Shown here: positions 38,501-51,731 of the stretch, in pieces
How positions within the stretch are numbered: the first letter of the stretch is position 1
How the letters are laid out: every line of letters begins with the position of its first letter
Source: Lama guanicoe
Taxonomy: Eukaryota
Direction: 5' to 3'
Assembly: GCA_013239625.1 (NCBI GenBank)
Contig: MU053792.1
Location: 656,941-720,940 of the forward strand
Length of the DNA: 64,000 bases
Program-made: the position numbers and the translations under genes
Notes under the pieces: model-generated
What the model was told of the DNA's origin: nothing
Database searches by the model: none
The model's input: the letters and a program-made list of their open reading frames with translations, nothing else

Positions 38501-41343
38501 TCCTCTAGGTCGTCCAGTTATTGTCATATAGTTCATAGTATTCTCTTATGAGTTTTTTTGTATTTCTGTGATGTTGGTTCTAATTTCTCCATTTTTATTT
38601 TTTATTTTGTTTTTGTCCTGTCTCTTCTCTTCTTGGTGAGCCTGGCCAGAGGTTAGTCAATTTTGTTGATTCTTTCAAAAAAAAAAAAAACAGCTCTTGG
38701 TTTGATTGATTTTTTTCTATTTTTTTAATCTCTATTTTATTTATTTTCTCCCTGACTTTATTATTTCTTTCCTTCTGCTGAGTTTTGGTTTTGTTTGTTC
38801 TTCTTTTTCTAAGTATTTTAGGTGATAGATTAGGTTGTTTATTTGAAATTTTTTGATCATGATTTCTTCCAATACCTTTTCAATCCCCTTTTCTCATTCT
38901 CCTTCTGGGACCCCTATTATGCATTGGTTGGCATGCTATATTTTATCCTATAGGTTCCTTATATTGCTTTCATTGGTTTTTACTTGCTTTCCTATCTGCT
39001 GTTCAGATTGGGTGGCTTCTGTTATCCTGCCTTCTAAGTCACTTACTAGTTTCTCTGTACTATCTAGTCTGCTTTTGACTGCTTTAGCTCCGCTCTTACC
39101 TTAGCCATTGAATTTTCTGTTTTTAATTGGCTCTTCTTTGTAGTTTCTGTTTCCTTTTTATAGTATTGTCTGTCTCTATTCATAGTCTCTTTTATTTCCT
39201 TCAGTGCTTTTATCATCCCCTTTTTGAAACCCTGATCTAGTAGACTGTTGAGGTCTATCTCGTTCATCCTTTCAGTGGGCTTCTCTTGTTCTTTTAATTG
39301 GGAGTGGTTCCTCTGCTTTTTCATTTTATTTCTATTTCTCTGGCTCTATGGATTTAGGAGTATCAGTTATCTACTGTGGTCTTGAGGGCTGTTTTTGTTG
39401 GTTGGTTGTTTGGTTGGTTGGTTTTTATTGCAGGAGCATTCTTTTGTAGACTGTGTGCGTCTAATAATTTTGTTGTGAGGGCTGTTCTTAGTACGGATGG
39501 TTGCCACGTCTTTCTCCTGTGTGTGTTGGCTATTATCCCTTTGACTGGGGGCATGGTTGGTGTTGTGGTGATCAGAGCCTGCCCTGACTTTTGTTGTTGA
39601 GTGGAGCCTCCTTTTTTGTTCTGTGGTTGTCACAGCCTTGTCAGGGGTCGGGTCTGCTCCCCTGTTGCTGGAATAGAGGCTTCTAGACCTATTTCTGAGC
39701 TGTGGTGTGTAGTGGACAGGTTTGGAGCCCTCAGCTAGGAAAAAGAGTCACTGAACATACCTCCCCAGGCGATGTCCACTGGGAAGTGCCCTCTGTGGTG
39801 TTGTCTGTGGCTTGTTACGTGAGCTTACAAAGTACTCTTTTTTGACACTGCCTTTGTCCACACCTTAACTGGAGGGATGTCAGTCACCCACTCTGGTGTC
39901 CCCCAGGTTCTGAGCCCCAGGAACCTCCAGCAGATCTGCCAATGTCAGGTGCTAGGACCCACCTTAGCAAGCATGCAGTCACTCACCTGAATCCATGGTG
40001 CACCACAGTGTTAGCTCAGACCCCAGCCCTACTCTGCCTAAGTTATGGTACAGCAGCCTATTGTAAATATCCATACTTGCCCCCGCTGTGTGCCGGAGCT
40101 CTGCTCACTGACTGTTCATCCCAGGGGTGCAGGTTTACAAAACACCATGGGAGCAATTCCACCTTGCCTGGCTGAGACTATAAATAAATCTCAGTCTTGC
40201 CTATGAAGCTGCTGGGCCTCTCTGTATGGACTCAGCTTTTCACTCTGCCTCTGAGCAGCAGCAATGGCTATGACTAAGCCCCATCTCTCTTCTCAGGAGA
40301 ACACACCAACAATGGAGCCAAGTGGAGGCAGAGGCTATGGCATGACTGCATTATTCCCTTCCCCACCATGCACACTAGCAGTGGTGCTTTTTTATGGAGG
40401 TCCTGTGCTGTTCTGTTCTGCACACACCCCCAGCTAGAGCTCACACTGCCCTCCAGCCTCTTGAGGCTTCCTCTGCACAGTGGGCCCGGCCCTCTCCCCG
40501 GGCTTGTCACTGATCACCAGTAGCCAGTCCCAGCTGTCTCTGCCAGCTCAGGTCTGGGGCTGGGAGTCTCAGGGACCCTTTGTACCAGTTTCCCTGTGTT
40601 CTGTCTGCCAAGCGGCTCCACTTTCTCCTCAAAGCCTCAGAAGCTCTGCTTCTGTCCCAGCTGAACTCCTGGCTGGAGAAGGGGTGTCCCAGCATGAGGG
40701 AGCCTTTCTTCCTGTGCCCCTCCCTCCCCACACGACCAGTCTCACACTGATTTTATTTTTTTTTCCATTAATAGATTTTATAAGGATCCTCCTGTATTTC
40801 AAAGTGAGAGACACTCTGCCAGAGTTCAGCAGGTGTTCTGTGTGATTCAGTGGGTCTGTAGATGTAATTCTTGGTGTATTTGTGGAAGGGGGTGAGCTGT
40901 GAGTCTCTCTACTCCATCTTGGCTTCTCTCCTGTGAATTCTTGTTTCAGTACTAAATACAAGCTCCCATTTCATCATGCCTTTACCAATATTGATTTTTT
41001 TTAAATCTTCTCTAATTTCAAAGGTTAGAATGGTATCACTAATTTTTATTTCCTTGCAATTATATTTCAGTTCATCTATATATGTATACAGTGTATGTAT
41101 ATATTTACTAAGATAGCATAACTCTAATATATGTCCACTGAATTACACACAAAAAAAGTAAAAATGTAAGTAAAAACTTAAAATTTACAACCAAATTTCC
41201 CTGCTTAAGGTATTTTTATAACAAAATCATATTACCACCAAACTAATACTATAATCGCACCCTTAGAATTTGTCAGTTCTATAAATCAACTTATTTAAAT
41301 GACTATTTCTTCTTTCAAATGATTTTCACTTAATTAAAGCTAT

Positions 41344-41409
41344 TATATATATATATATATATATGTATATGTATATATATACATATAAATATGTATATAT
41401 ATATATATA
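41344..41409. repeat. (TA)n/(TATG)n microsatellite
   Basis: Direct reading. Confidence 0.9.
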
Positions 41410-42399
41410 CAAAATAGGTCAGTTTTAATGACCCCATGATTCAATTCCAGGAAGAAGACAGATGGACCCTGAAATCAGTCAATGAATAAGGTTGAAGAGA
41501 TAGACTTTTTTTAAAAGAGGCGGAGAAAACCCTCTTAATTACACACAAATGTCTCAGCAGTGAGCAATCATGAGAAAGGAAACGCTGGAAAAGTGCTTGA
41601 CATTTAAATGTCAATTTAATCAAATTACGCAGTTTTTAAAATGTGGTTGTGTGTAATGGGCTCTTTAAATTGTTTAAACCATGCCCTTTTCTAAAATGGT
41701 CCAGGAGCCTTTAGTTACCTCAGCTACCTTTTGAACTAATAGCCTTAAAAATGACTGACTGAGGTCCACCATTACACTTTAAAAGTAAAAATATAAATTT
41801 AAATTTTACATTTTTCAAGATTAAATATATTAACATATCTAATGAAAAATACTTATTGGTCAGCTTTTACTGTAAGCTAATAAGATGATGTTCCAAAGGA
41901 CAAATTACAGCATTAGGGTATGTAAATTTTAAAAAGGAAAATTGTTCACACTATGAGGAAAAAAGGATATAGGATTCTTCCTCTCTACTAATTCTACTTC
42001 CCTTGACTTTAATAGGAAGTAAACTTAACCCCAACTGCCTTCTCCCTAACCTGGACCATTCACTGGACAGAGAACTAACAAGTATCTTAGATTTCCCAAA
42101 GTAGCAGTCTTTTTGTGGAACTATGAGAAACGGACCGAAATTGATCAGAAAATATCTCAGGGAAATGTTGGCTCAGGTTGGCCCCAAAGCACAATAAAAT
42201 TTGAGCTCTGGATTGAACACTAATGACACAGAGGTAGATTTTGCTCTCTAGCTGACTATCGAATGTAATTCCTGTGTTGTTGGGAAAAATAATACCCTGT
42301 GTTTGACCACATTGTTGTCACAGAAATAATAAAGAGGATGTCTTGTAGGTGCAATTAAGAGGACGAGATTTAGAAATCATTGTTAGTGTGACTACCATT

Positions 42400-42582
42400 T
42401 CTACTATTTAGTTCTGTGAGCTTTGGCGAATTTTTTTCTGTCTCTGAGTTTTAGTTTTCTCATTTGTAACATGTAGATAGTTGATACTTTATAGGATTTG
42501 AATGAGGATTAAATATGATAATACAGATAAAGTAATTAGAACAGTATCTGAAAAATATAAGTACTCAATAAATATTAACTAT
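42400..42582 (+). mobile_element. MIR fragment
   Basis: TCTCTGAG...AGTTTTCTCATTTGTAA...GAGGATTAAAT...AGAACAGTATCTG...TACTCAATAAAT. Confidence 0.75.
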
Positions 42583-44499
42583 TTCTAACAGTGTTCTTTG
42601 TAGCAAGCAAGGGAAACTAATTCTGGCTCACTTAAGTCAAAAATTAATCCATTAAAAATGTACGAAGTATTTCCCAGAATTGCCTGGGAATGGACCAGAT
42701 AACTAGTTCCAGGAACAAGACATGAACATTGCCCAAATTGACCAGAGAATGATCTGATGAAGACACCCGTGTCATTGCCTGGCTTCAGCCCTGTACACAG
42801 CATGTAGCTGCTTGCACCAGGAACTCATTAGGACTAAAACCTGAATGCCACCAAGGAAGGCAATCTGTGGTTGCTACTTCGACCCATCATTTACAGCTGA
42901 TTGGGTCGTGAGATCATGAGCTGTGTCAGTGAGAATCTAATCTTGAGTCAAAAATCACAGAACTTATTTGTGGGCGGAGAGGGAGGAATTAATTTAAAGA
43001 GTCTTTAGTAGAATGAAGTTAAGTATTAAAAGACATACAAGAGGACGCCAAAGTGTCCAGAATTAGCAAGTACAAAAGAATAGCTACAATCTCTAGGCTG
43101 AAGAAGAGTGAACAAGAATAAAGACTAGGAGAAGGTACCCTGCCAAGGTTGAAATTCAGACTTCTAAGAAGAGAGTGTAGCCACCATAAGAAATTGCAGC
43201 CTGAAGGTGGCAAAGAAACCTGCCAGAAGTTGCAGGTCAGTTGCAAGCCATCATTTGTTCAGTGTAAGAGTGAGGACTACATGTGAATTATTTATTGGAG
43301 TGTCCTCCAGCACCTAGAATATTGCCAGACTCAAAGTAGACGCTGATTTTGTTGAATGGCTATTCCAGCCCTGATGGAACTAAATACTATCACACTAAGT
43401 TCTAATTTTGCATATTCTCAAATTTATAGAATGTATTTTACTTACTTTTATTTTCTCAGCCCCTAACAGAGTACCTGACACATAATGTGCAAATCAGACG
43501 TTATATGCTGAGTTAATATACGGCTACCTCAACCACAAAATATTACTCAAAATAATTCACTTTTGTATTAAATTCTTAGCAATTTTATTTCATGTCAGAA
43601 AAAAAAAGAAAAAAGAAAAATCAAGTTGCAAAAGCAAAAATCTGCCAAAAAAAAAAAAAAGCTGCCTAAAGATTCAATACAGTGGACCATGTTATCTGTT
43701 TGCCTGTAAGTGAGTGGAAGATATAAAAACTTGTTTGTCTTAATCAGCAGAAGGAAAAGGAGAGCAGTTTTATACACAATGAAGCACCAATTAAATATTT
43801 GAGTAATTAAAATGTTCTCAGACCTATAATGAAAAACTACAGGCGTATTTGGCAGACTCTCCAAGCTCAGCAGTTTCGTGAAATATAGCTCAACACCATG
43901 ACACAGGAGAGTGTACACCTTCCTTGCTCACAGATCTCCTCCCTGCCCAATCAGTAATACATAATACACTCTATAAATGTTAAATGTCTCTTAATTTATA
44001 ATTGAGATCTTGCTGATGAATTGTTTCTCTCATTTGAATGGACTTTTGACTTGTACTGCGTTGTCTAAGCTAAGGATGTCTGCTTGACTTCGTCAGTGTC
44101 CAAAGGCCATGGGAAAGTGACTTTCTATAATAAGACTTCACTTTCCTCCTCCATAAAAGGAGCTAATTTATCAGGGTAGTCGCTAAGTTCTCCTCTAGTC
44201 ACAAAATCTGATAATCTAAGAGAGATTTTCTCCTTGACCCTGGCAAAATACGCACAAATACTTATACATACTTTTTTTAAAACTGACAATAAGCAGCTCA
44301 AATTTAAGAGCGCCAGGTTAAAAATAAATGCTGTGAAGATCATAAAATTTAGTCTGGCAATATATTATCAAGCCATAATGAACAGAAGGCAGCAATAGTC
44401 CCAGAAAACTGTCAGTTCTAGGTAATATGCTACCCACAAGGAAAAGTTTTCCTGACCCCTTCTAAAATAAATAATGTTCCACATGGTGGCAAACATTTA

Positions 44500-44750
44500 A
44501 AAATGAGCAGATTACTCACAGATATTCATATGTAAATATTTTGTCAAAAAATCAGAATCCCCAGCCACATTGGGCCATTAATCCCTCTTGGGAACAGTTA
44601 CATGGAGATGGGAGTGGCTAGCCCCTTTCATTGGAGCACATTGCTGATTGCCTCAGGTTCATTACTGATGTCATCACCCTTCCCTTGGCCTGTTTTACCC
44701 ATCCACATTCCCTGCCTCGCACCTGTTGAGGGTCAATTTTGCAGTCTTCC
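44500..44750. mobile_element. hAT-Charlie element fragment (MER102-like)
   Basis: AAAAATCAGAA...CACATTGGGCC...GGAGATGGGAGTGGCTAGCCCCTTT...CCTGCCT resembles recalled MER102. Confidence 0.5.
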
Positions 44751-45846
44751 TTTAGAGGACGTTAACATTGGGTGAATAATCAGGTGGCTGTAGAATCATA
44801 ATGAAAAAATATTCATTATTGTACACCTCTCTAAAAAATGGTTGGTTATATTAGAAAGCTATTATATTTGAAAAGTTTGTGATTATTCAGAAAACTGTGG
44901 ATCTTAATGTTATTATATAGCTTTGATCTATTCTTTTCTTTCAGAGTGTGCCAAAACATCAAGTTGTTTAGAAAAAAAGTTTTAGAATGTCCCTGTGTAG
45001 TATATGGTACAGTAGATGTGTCTGTTCATCTCTTCAACACTTGACATTTACTTTACATACGTAATGAAACCTTATATTGCATAATTTCTTTTCCTTTAGA
45101 TAAAATGAATAAACTTCTCTTCCTTTTACTGGCCAATAAATAAACATACACAAATTTCATTTTTTAAAAGTCTGTTCTTATATAATCGTTTGTTTTTTGG
45201 TTTTTGGTTTGTTTGGTTTTTTTTTTTTTTTTTTTTAAGGGATTTAAATTTTTTGTTTTTTTTTTTTTTTTGATCATAAGGGATTTAACTAATCTAAGAA
45301 AAGTTATTAGAAAAAATGTTATTTTAATAGAAAAGCAAGGAAATATATACTTCAAGTTTTAATGCTTTTAAAAGGATTATGATTATAGTGATTATTATAC
45401 CAAGGCATATTCTAATTTCTCAAAACCCAAAACACACAAACACACACACTCAGACACACACACACACAGATGTAGTCAGAGCAAATTATAAATAGTATTC
45501 TCTGAATAATAAATCATGGTTTAATATCATAGGGAAATGAAACAGCATTTTTATTAGACATTATTCAGTTCTATAATATCCTAATAGCTTAGAGGGAAGC
45601 AGTAAAGGGCTTTATAATAAGAATTTATATAAGTATGAAATTTCTGAAAGTGGTTCTGAGAATTCCAAAAGCTTACAAATTCAGCTTACACTGGCAAAGT
45701 CACTGGAGAGGTTCATTATTTCACTTTTGTGTTTTCCTTCTTAGTGGACAGTGCAGATGTTTGACAGTTGTTCTTGACACTTGAATATAGACAAAATAAT
45801 GCATCACAACACAGAGTTAAACCAGCCATTTTGTGATCTTTACTAA

Positions 45847-46325
45847 TGTTACAGCAAAGTATGTTACAGCTCAGTGTTATAGCAACCTGGATCCTGGTGA
45901 GAGACCAAGTAGCACTGGGAGGGCTGGAGAACTCAGGTTTATTTCACCTGCAGGCCCAGAGGAGTTAACATTCCAAGCTCTCAGACCCTGTCTGTAGGTT
46001 TACACAGGCTTTTATAGGCTGCCAGTTGAGACTTTGCAACATTTTGCAACTTCATATGCAGAGTAGATGTAACAAATGAACCAATCAGGAGTGAGCTACA
46101 TTCACACCATATGCAAATGAGGTGTTACAAATGGGCCAATCAGGAGTGAGCCTTGGGAACCAATAGAATCTGATGGTAAGTTTCACTTTCCTAGAAGCAA
46201 GCCCTTTTAACAGAAGCACAAAAGTGAGATAATACAGCCGGACCAAGGAATCGGATGGCGCTGGCGGGGAAGCAGTAGCCCTGCCTTGGGGTACTGCTAG
46301 TCTTTTCATGGGTCTTCCCAACTCA
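45847..46325 (-). mobile_element. solo ERV1 (gammaretrovirus-like) LTR, 479 bp
   Basis: TG...CA ends; exact 4-bp TSD CTAA (45843-46, 46326-29); minus-strand TATAAAA (46010-16) followed by AATAAA (45938-43); repeated CCAATCAGGAGTGAGC in U3. Confidence 0.9.
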
Positions 46326-46734
46326 CTAACATCTGACTACTGATTCTAATATTATATTTTAGAATGGGAATGTTTTTATAGATGAGCTAACTAAACCATG
46401 CAAATGTTTAGTATATCCATCTAGTCATGATTGCTTGTAAATTCTCTTCTAGGATTTTGGGCAATATGTTTTAGAAAGGCACAATTACAAAAATAAATAA
46501 ATAAACAGTGAATAACACAATCTTATTTGTCAGAGTTAGGTATGTGTTTGTTCTTCTTAAATTGACAGCTAAGGTTGGTTTGCATTAAGAAGCAGCTTTT
46601 TAGTAAAAACTAGATTTTCCATTATCCCTTAAGATCTACTTCTGTTTCCATGAAGTATACTTCCTATGCCTCTGCCAGCAGTATAAAGGTATAATGGCCA
46701 AAATCCCCTCAGCAGAGCAGAATAGAAGAGGTGC

Positions 46735-46995
46735 TTATCCAGTGATCTACTTTTCAAGCAGCAGAGTAGAATTAGCATGAACTCTAGAATCAGACTTGGG
46801 TTAAAAATTGCTCCCCCCCCACTTAGATGTATAAACTTATACAAGTTATCTAAATTTACCAAATTTAATTTTTAAAAAAAAGAAAAGAAAAGAGAATAAT
46901 GCCTATTTTGCAGAGTTCTCACAAAGTTTGAGTGAAATAGTGACCACAAATGACTATCACAGGGCCTGACACACAGTAGGTATTTAATCATTGTT
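46735..46995 (+). mobile_element. MIR
   Basis: AGCATGAACTCTAGAATCAGACTTGGGTT...CAAGTTATCTAA...ATAATGCCTA...GGGCCTGACACACAGTAGGT. Confidence 0.7.
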
Positions 46996-49429
46996 CAGTT
47001 GTCTTCCCCTTTCCTTCCTTAGCTAGCTGTCTGGATGGCTCCCTCAAGCCTGTGGCATGGCATTAGAACATCTATGTATGTAGCCTTAGCCTAAAGCACA
47101 GAGCAGGCAGTCCCAGTAAGGGCATGTAAGCTATGAATTCCAAACAAGCTGCATATAAATTAACTTTGGTAAAACTGTACCATCTTAAATACAATGAGGC
47201 ATAATTATATTTTGTGAAAATACAATTTTACATGCTAGATTTGCTTCTGATGGCTGCTTGTTTCATTCAAAATGTTAGTTAGGCCAATAATTTAATATTG
47301 AATCTCAAATACCTTTCACACATGACCTCTTCTTTGTCTCTGCTGATTTGGTTATTCATTCAGCAAATATTTACTGACCGCCAACTATATGCCGAGCATG
47401 ATGCTGGATGTTGGAGGGAAAAAAAGATAATGATGAAAGCAGCCAGAGTCCTTGCTATCACAGAGTTATGTCTAGTATTACAGAAGGACATTAAACAAAT
47501 GTCACAAATTTTGCATCCAAAATAAGTGATGACACTTCAGTTATTCAGGAAGCATAATATTCATGCGAACAGTTGTTTCTCAAACCCACTCCAATATTAT
47601 TACATTCCATTTTTAATTGATGTTACCCACTTCCATGATGTATTTAAATGCTTTTTAGGAAGACAGCTGTGTCTCCTCTGATGAGGAAAATCTTTCAACA
47701 TGTCATTTAGACCCTTGAAAAAGTGCTTCTACCGCATACTGAATCTACTGAAATTATGCAACTGTGTTATATAGAATAAAATACTGATGATGAATCAAAT
47801 TTTTCCATTAAGGAGCCACTTAAAGGTAAATTATATTCCAAATCCTTGACTACTAAACAGTAAATAACTGGTTGCCCTTCTTCCTAAACTTTCTTCATGA
47901 TTGAAAGTTGACAAGTCAAGAACCAAGCAAACTTGTTATAATTTAGATGCTTTTTAGAGTTGTTTCTTCCTCCCCTTTCACCTTCCTTTCCTCTAAAGGC
48001 TCACTTGGTGGAACCTTTCAGTTACGTATTAGTAGTGTAAAGAATAGTAACATCTTTGCAACACCCAGGTTACTGTCAAGGAAGCCGTCTTGCACTGAAT
48101 GGCATCTTGCTTCTCATGCTGGGTATTGCAAACAGTCTTCTGCTTATTTCTTCATAGGCTTTGAAAGAAAAATGAACCATACATTTCCATTATGATGGCC
48201 TGACTCTGGAAAGAAATGTGCAAACAAGCCTGTATACTTTTGCTAAGCTCTCCGTTGGTTTAATTTAGAATTTGAATGTGCTTTCTAGCTGAGATTTTAT
48301 AAAACTAAAGGGGAACACATACAGGGCTGTGCAAGGGCAGCCCGTGATTCTCTCTCATTGTGATCTCCCCTGCATTGTCCAGAGCATCTTCAGAGGAGAC
48401 ATCTGAGGAAGTAGAAGGGCTTAATTGTGATGTAATTATAGTGAAATATTTTTGTGTAATTTGCATTGCAACTTATCATTTATGGTGACGAGCTTCAGTA
48501 ACTTTATATATTGTAGCTAACTGCAGTTTAGACATCTAAGAAAATTAGCTTTTACATATTAATAACCTATAATAATGACTTAAAGGCATAAATTAATGAA
48601 TCCTGGGCCCAGCATGCTCAATCCACCATCTGATTGAAGCTTTTCAAATCTGAACATGAGGGGCTTATCATTTTACCAGCAAATAATCAGAGAAAGAGGA
48701 AATGCTTAATGAATACTTTCCAATTTGTAAAGAATTCATAGAAACTGCTAGTGCTTTAACAGAAATTATTTTAAGATCCAGTTGGGTGATAATACTTCTT
48801 TTAGAAGAAAGATGAATGGCAAGATTCTAAAAATGAACAGTAAGAAGTTAGAGTGGGAAACAATAATCAGGAAAGTCTAGGGCCAGGAGCTGTGCAGTGG
48901 GAAGCTGGGGAGGGGCTGCAAGGCCACAAATTAGCAGAACTTCACCTGCAGCTCCAGACCCTGTGCCGCTGGGCAAACTCATAGCCTCATCATCTTCTAG
49001 CTAGCAGAAGTTCAATGTGAAAAAATACAAGTATAATATTTCTGTGATAAAAATATAAAATATGAAAGTATATTTTTTATCCATTGTAGGGAGAAATGTA
49101 AAGTAGGACCTGAAGTTTAAAGTGTTAAAAATTAATATATAATTTTGACTCTAATTGGTTTACTTGTATAGAATCATTAAATTTCTATATCATAATAGCC
49201 GGAAGCTTTTAGAAACTAAGCTTTAATTGCAAACCAATAGTGAGCCGACACGTGGTTGAAATGGAACAGATAACACACATAAAGACCAAAAGTACATCGT
49301 CCAAATGAAAGCTTTTAAGTACCCAGGTCAGCTCAGCAAGCTGAAAGTCGACCTTAGCAGCTTCCAGCCAGTCATTCCATGCTCTCCTAGTCTATCTTCT
49401 TTCCTCATTTCTTTTACAGGGAACCATGA

Positions 49430-50450
49430 TTTCATTCATTCAGCAAATATTAATCGAACACTTTCCATGTGCCAGTTTAAGAACCCGAGAACACATCATT
49501 GTCAAATGATGGAGGTCAAGTTATCTCCTCTTGTAAAACTTATATTGTGCTAGAGAAAAGAGATACAGAAGAGAGCAAATTAATAAGATAATTTCATTAG
49601 AAGTTTTTCAGACCACATGAATATTACTTTAAATATGATGAAAAGCCATTGAAATTTCAAGCAGGGATAAAATGCAATCTTACCTGCATTCTCTGCTGCC
49701 TGCAGGGTAATTGGTGAGGAAGAAAACTGGAAGCAGGGAGTACAGTTAGCACGGTTGCAGACTCCTGCGGTGGGCTGGGCAGGACAATGACAGCACATGG
49801 AGGCAAAGAGGACTGAACGGATTTAGATGTATTTTAGACATTTCGGAGGTAAAAGCATCAAGATTTGCTCACAACTTCAATGTGGAAGAAAAAGAAGATA
49901 AAAATCAAAAATATTTTAAATGGTCATGCTTTTAACTGGAAGTAGGGGAAACAGATCACAGGTTCTGGGAGGGAAAACCGTTTTCTGTTTTGGCCCAAAT
50001 AGACAATCAAAGGGAGATGTCAGACATCGATCGTTGAGTCTGCAGCCCATCAGAGAGGACAAAAGAGATGATACTGATCAGGGAAATACTGGCACATGAA
50101 TGGTATTTGAAATCATAGAAATAGATGAGATTATTATACAAAGAAAGAGTGTAGAAGAAGAGCTATGTCATTATTTGATAATAGGGCATTGTGTCAATCA
50201 TACCACAATGAAGCTGGAAAAGAGAGGGAGGGTGGGAAGGAAGGAAGGAAGGAAGGAAGGGAGAAAAGTTGGAAGGTAGGCTGGACAGGGAGATACAAGG
50301 ATACAAGCAAAGAAATGGAGAACAAGAGTTGAGGTAAGAGGGAACCCAGGAGAGTGTGCTGTTAGGTAAGCCCAGAGAAGACTGTGCTTCAAGAAGAAAA
50401 GCAATAAACTCCTGACCATCAACTTCTCTTTACTATTTGCTTTGGTCACT
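49430..50450 (-). mobile_element. L2 fragments
   Basis: TTCATTCATTCAGCAAATATT tail; GAGGTAAAAGCATCAAGATTTGCT; ATGGTATTTGAAATCATAG...GATGAGAT. Confidence 0.6.
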
Positions 50451-51054
50451 ATCCTTGTGCTATGTCTGAAGAAAATCAGAAATTTCTAAATCACTGCCCC
50501 TTCCAACTCATATTTTTCAGATCCTGCCTTTTATCAGTATTCATTTAATCGTACATATTGTTTTGTCATTCATTCAATAAGATTTTAGAGAGCACTCACC
50601 AGGTGCCACGTATTGTGTACAGATGTTGTGTTGGATACAGTTGTGGATGAAATAGGCATGGTTCTTCATCATCGTAGAACTTATAAGCTATTTTATGTGT
50701 TCTTGGTTAAACACTTCCTGCAACCATTTGAAACGTGTGCCATTTTCAAACACCCTTATCAAATCTCACTGATACAACCTTGCCTTTCATAGCAGTGCAG
50801 CTAGGAAACTACCAGCCCACATACCTCTTATCTAATCTTGTCATCTGTGAAATCTGTGAAATGAGGTACCCTTCGCACACCTGCACATCTCATTGAAGGC
50901 CAACCATACATCCATCCCTGACCCCAAACATTGTGTTTTCTAGGACCTTCCTTAATTACTGCCCCCTCTATCTTCTGTAGTCTGTCTCCCTCTTCTACTG
51001 GCTCCATTTCCTTAACCTATAAATATGCTCAAATTTCTCCTATCTTTGTCCATA

Positions 51055-51160
51055 CATATATATTATATGTATATAATATATACATATATTTATAATTATA
51101 TATATTTATATATATAATTATATTTATAATTATATATATAATATAATTATATGTATATAT
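51055..51160. repeat. AT-rich low-complexity / (TA)n tract
   Basis: Direct reading. Confidence 0.9.
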
Positions 51161-51364
51161 GGCACTTGATATAGAGAAAGAGAGAGAGAGCACTTGATAC
51201 TCTGTAAAGTCATATTCCTTTGAAGATAAATTTAGCATTACATCATTAATGAAGACATTTTACTGATATCTAATTCAATTGTTGCTGGAATCATGAGCCT
51301 CAAAATGTGTTATTGGGAACTCACTATTGCTCATGTTGCTAATTATCTCCTAGAAGTGTTTCTG

Positions 51365-51731
51365 CACAGCAACTTCAACCAAGAGTTCCTGGATGAGAAG
51401 CCATGCCCCTCCTACAGCAACAAGAACACCTCATCAACTCCATGAACCAAACAGCATTCTCTGGCTTCTCCTTTGTGAACCCCAAATTTGAGAGTTTCCT
51501 GAAAAGTTGAGGTTCCCAGGCATGCCCCCAACCCACTCCAGCCAGTGAGCCTGGGTCAGCCAGCCCAGCCCATCCATTCAGCCCAGGCAGAGAAGGCTGC
51601 ACCCTCCACTTCACTGGCACCCTCCAGCCCCCATGATTAGCAACAGTGCGATAATTGTGATTCCTTCTGTTGGCCACTCCCTAGTCCCCAAGAGGGACCT
51701 CAGCTCCTGTCTGGTTGGGCTTTTATGGTAC
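51365..51731 (+). pseudogene. PRKCD (pseudogene fragment): fragment of protein kinase C delta last exon (C-terminal ~47 codons plus proximal 3' UTR)
   Basis: From 51368 it translates [20 protein letters not shown] /2-nt insertion/ [26 protein letters not shown] (TGA 51508-10), matching PKC-delta [46 protein letters not shown]. Downstream GC-rich sequence to ATGGTAC resembles the recalled PRKCD 3' UTR. Confidence 0.88.

Larger units (their letters stand above)
33103..40931 (-). mobile_element. L1 with both ends (5' UTR, ORF1 N-terminus, most of ORF2), internally deleted, hosting a younger L1 and a solo LTR
   Basis: Perfect 10-bp TSD TGTGAATTCT at 33093-33102 and 40932-40941. ORF1 start MKKQRNHSQLKEQEK at 39324. 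ORF2 C-terminus in ORF 33479-33901. GCCAAGATGG 5' motif on the minus strand near 40914-40923. Confidence 0.92.
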
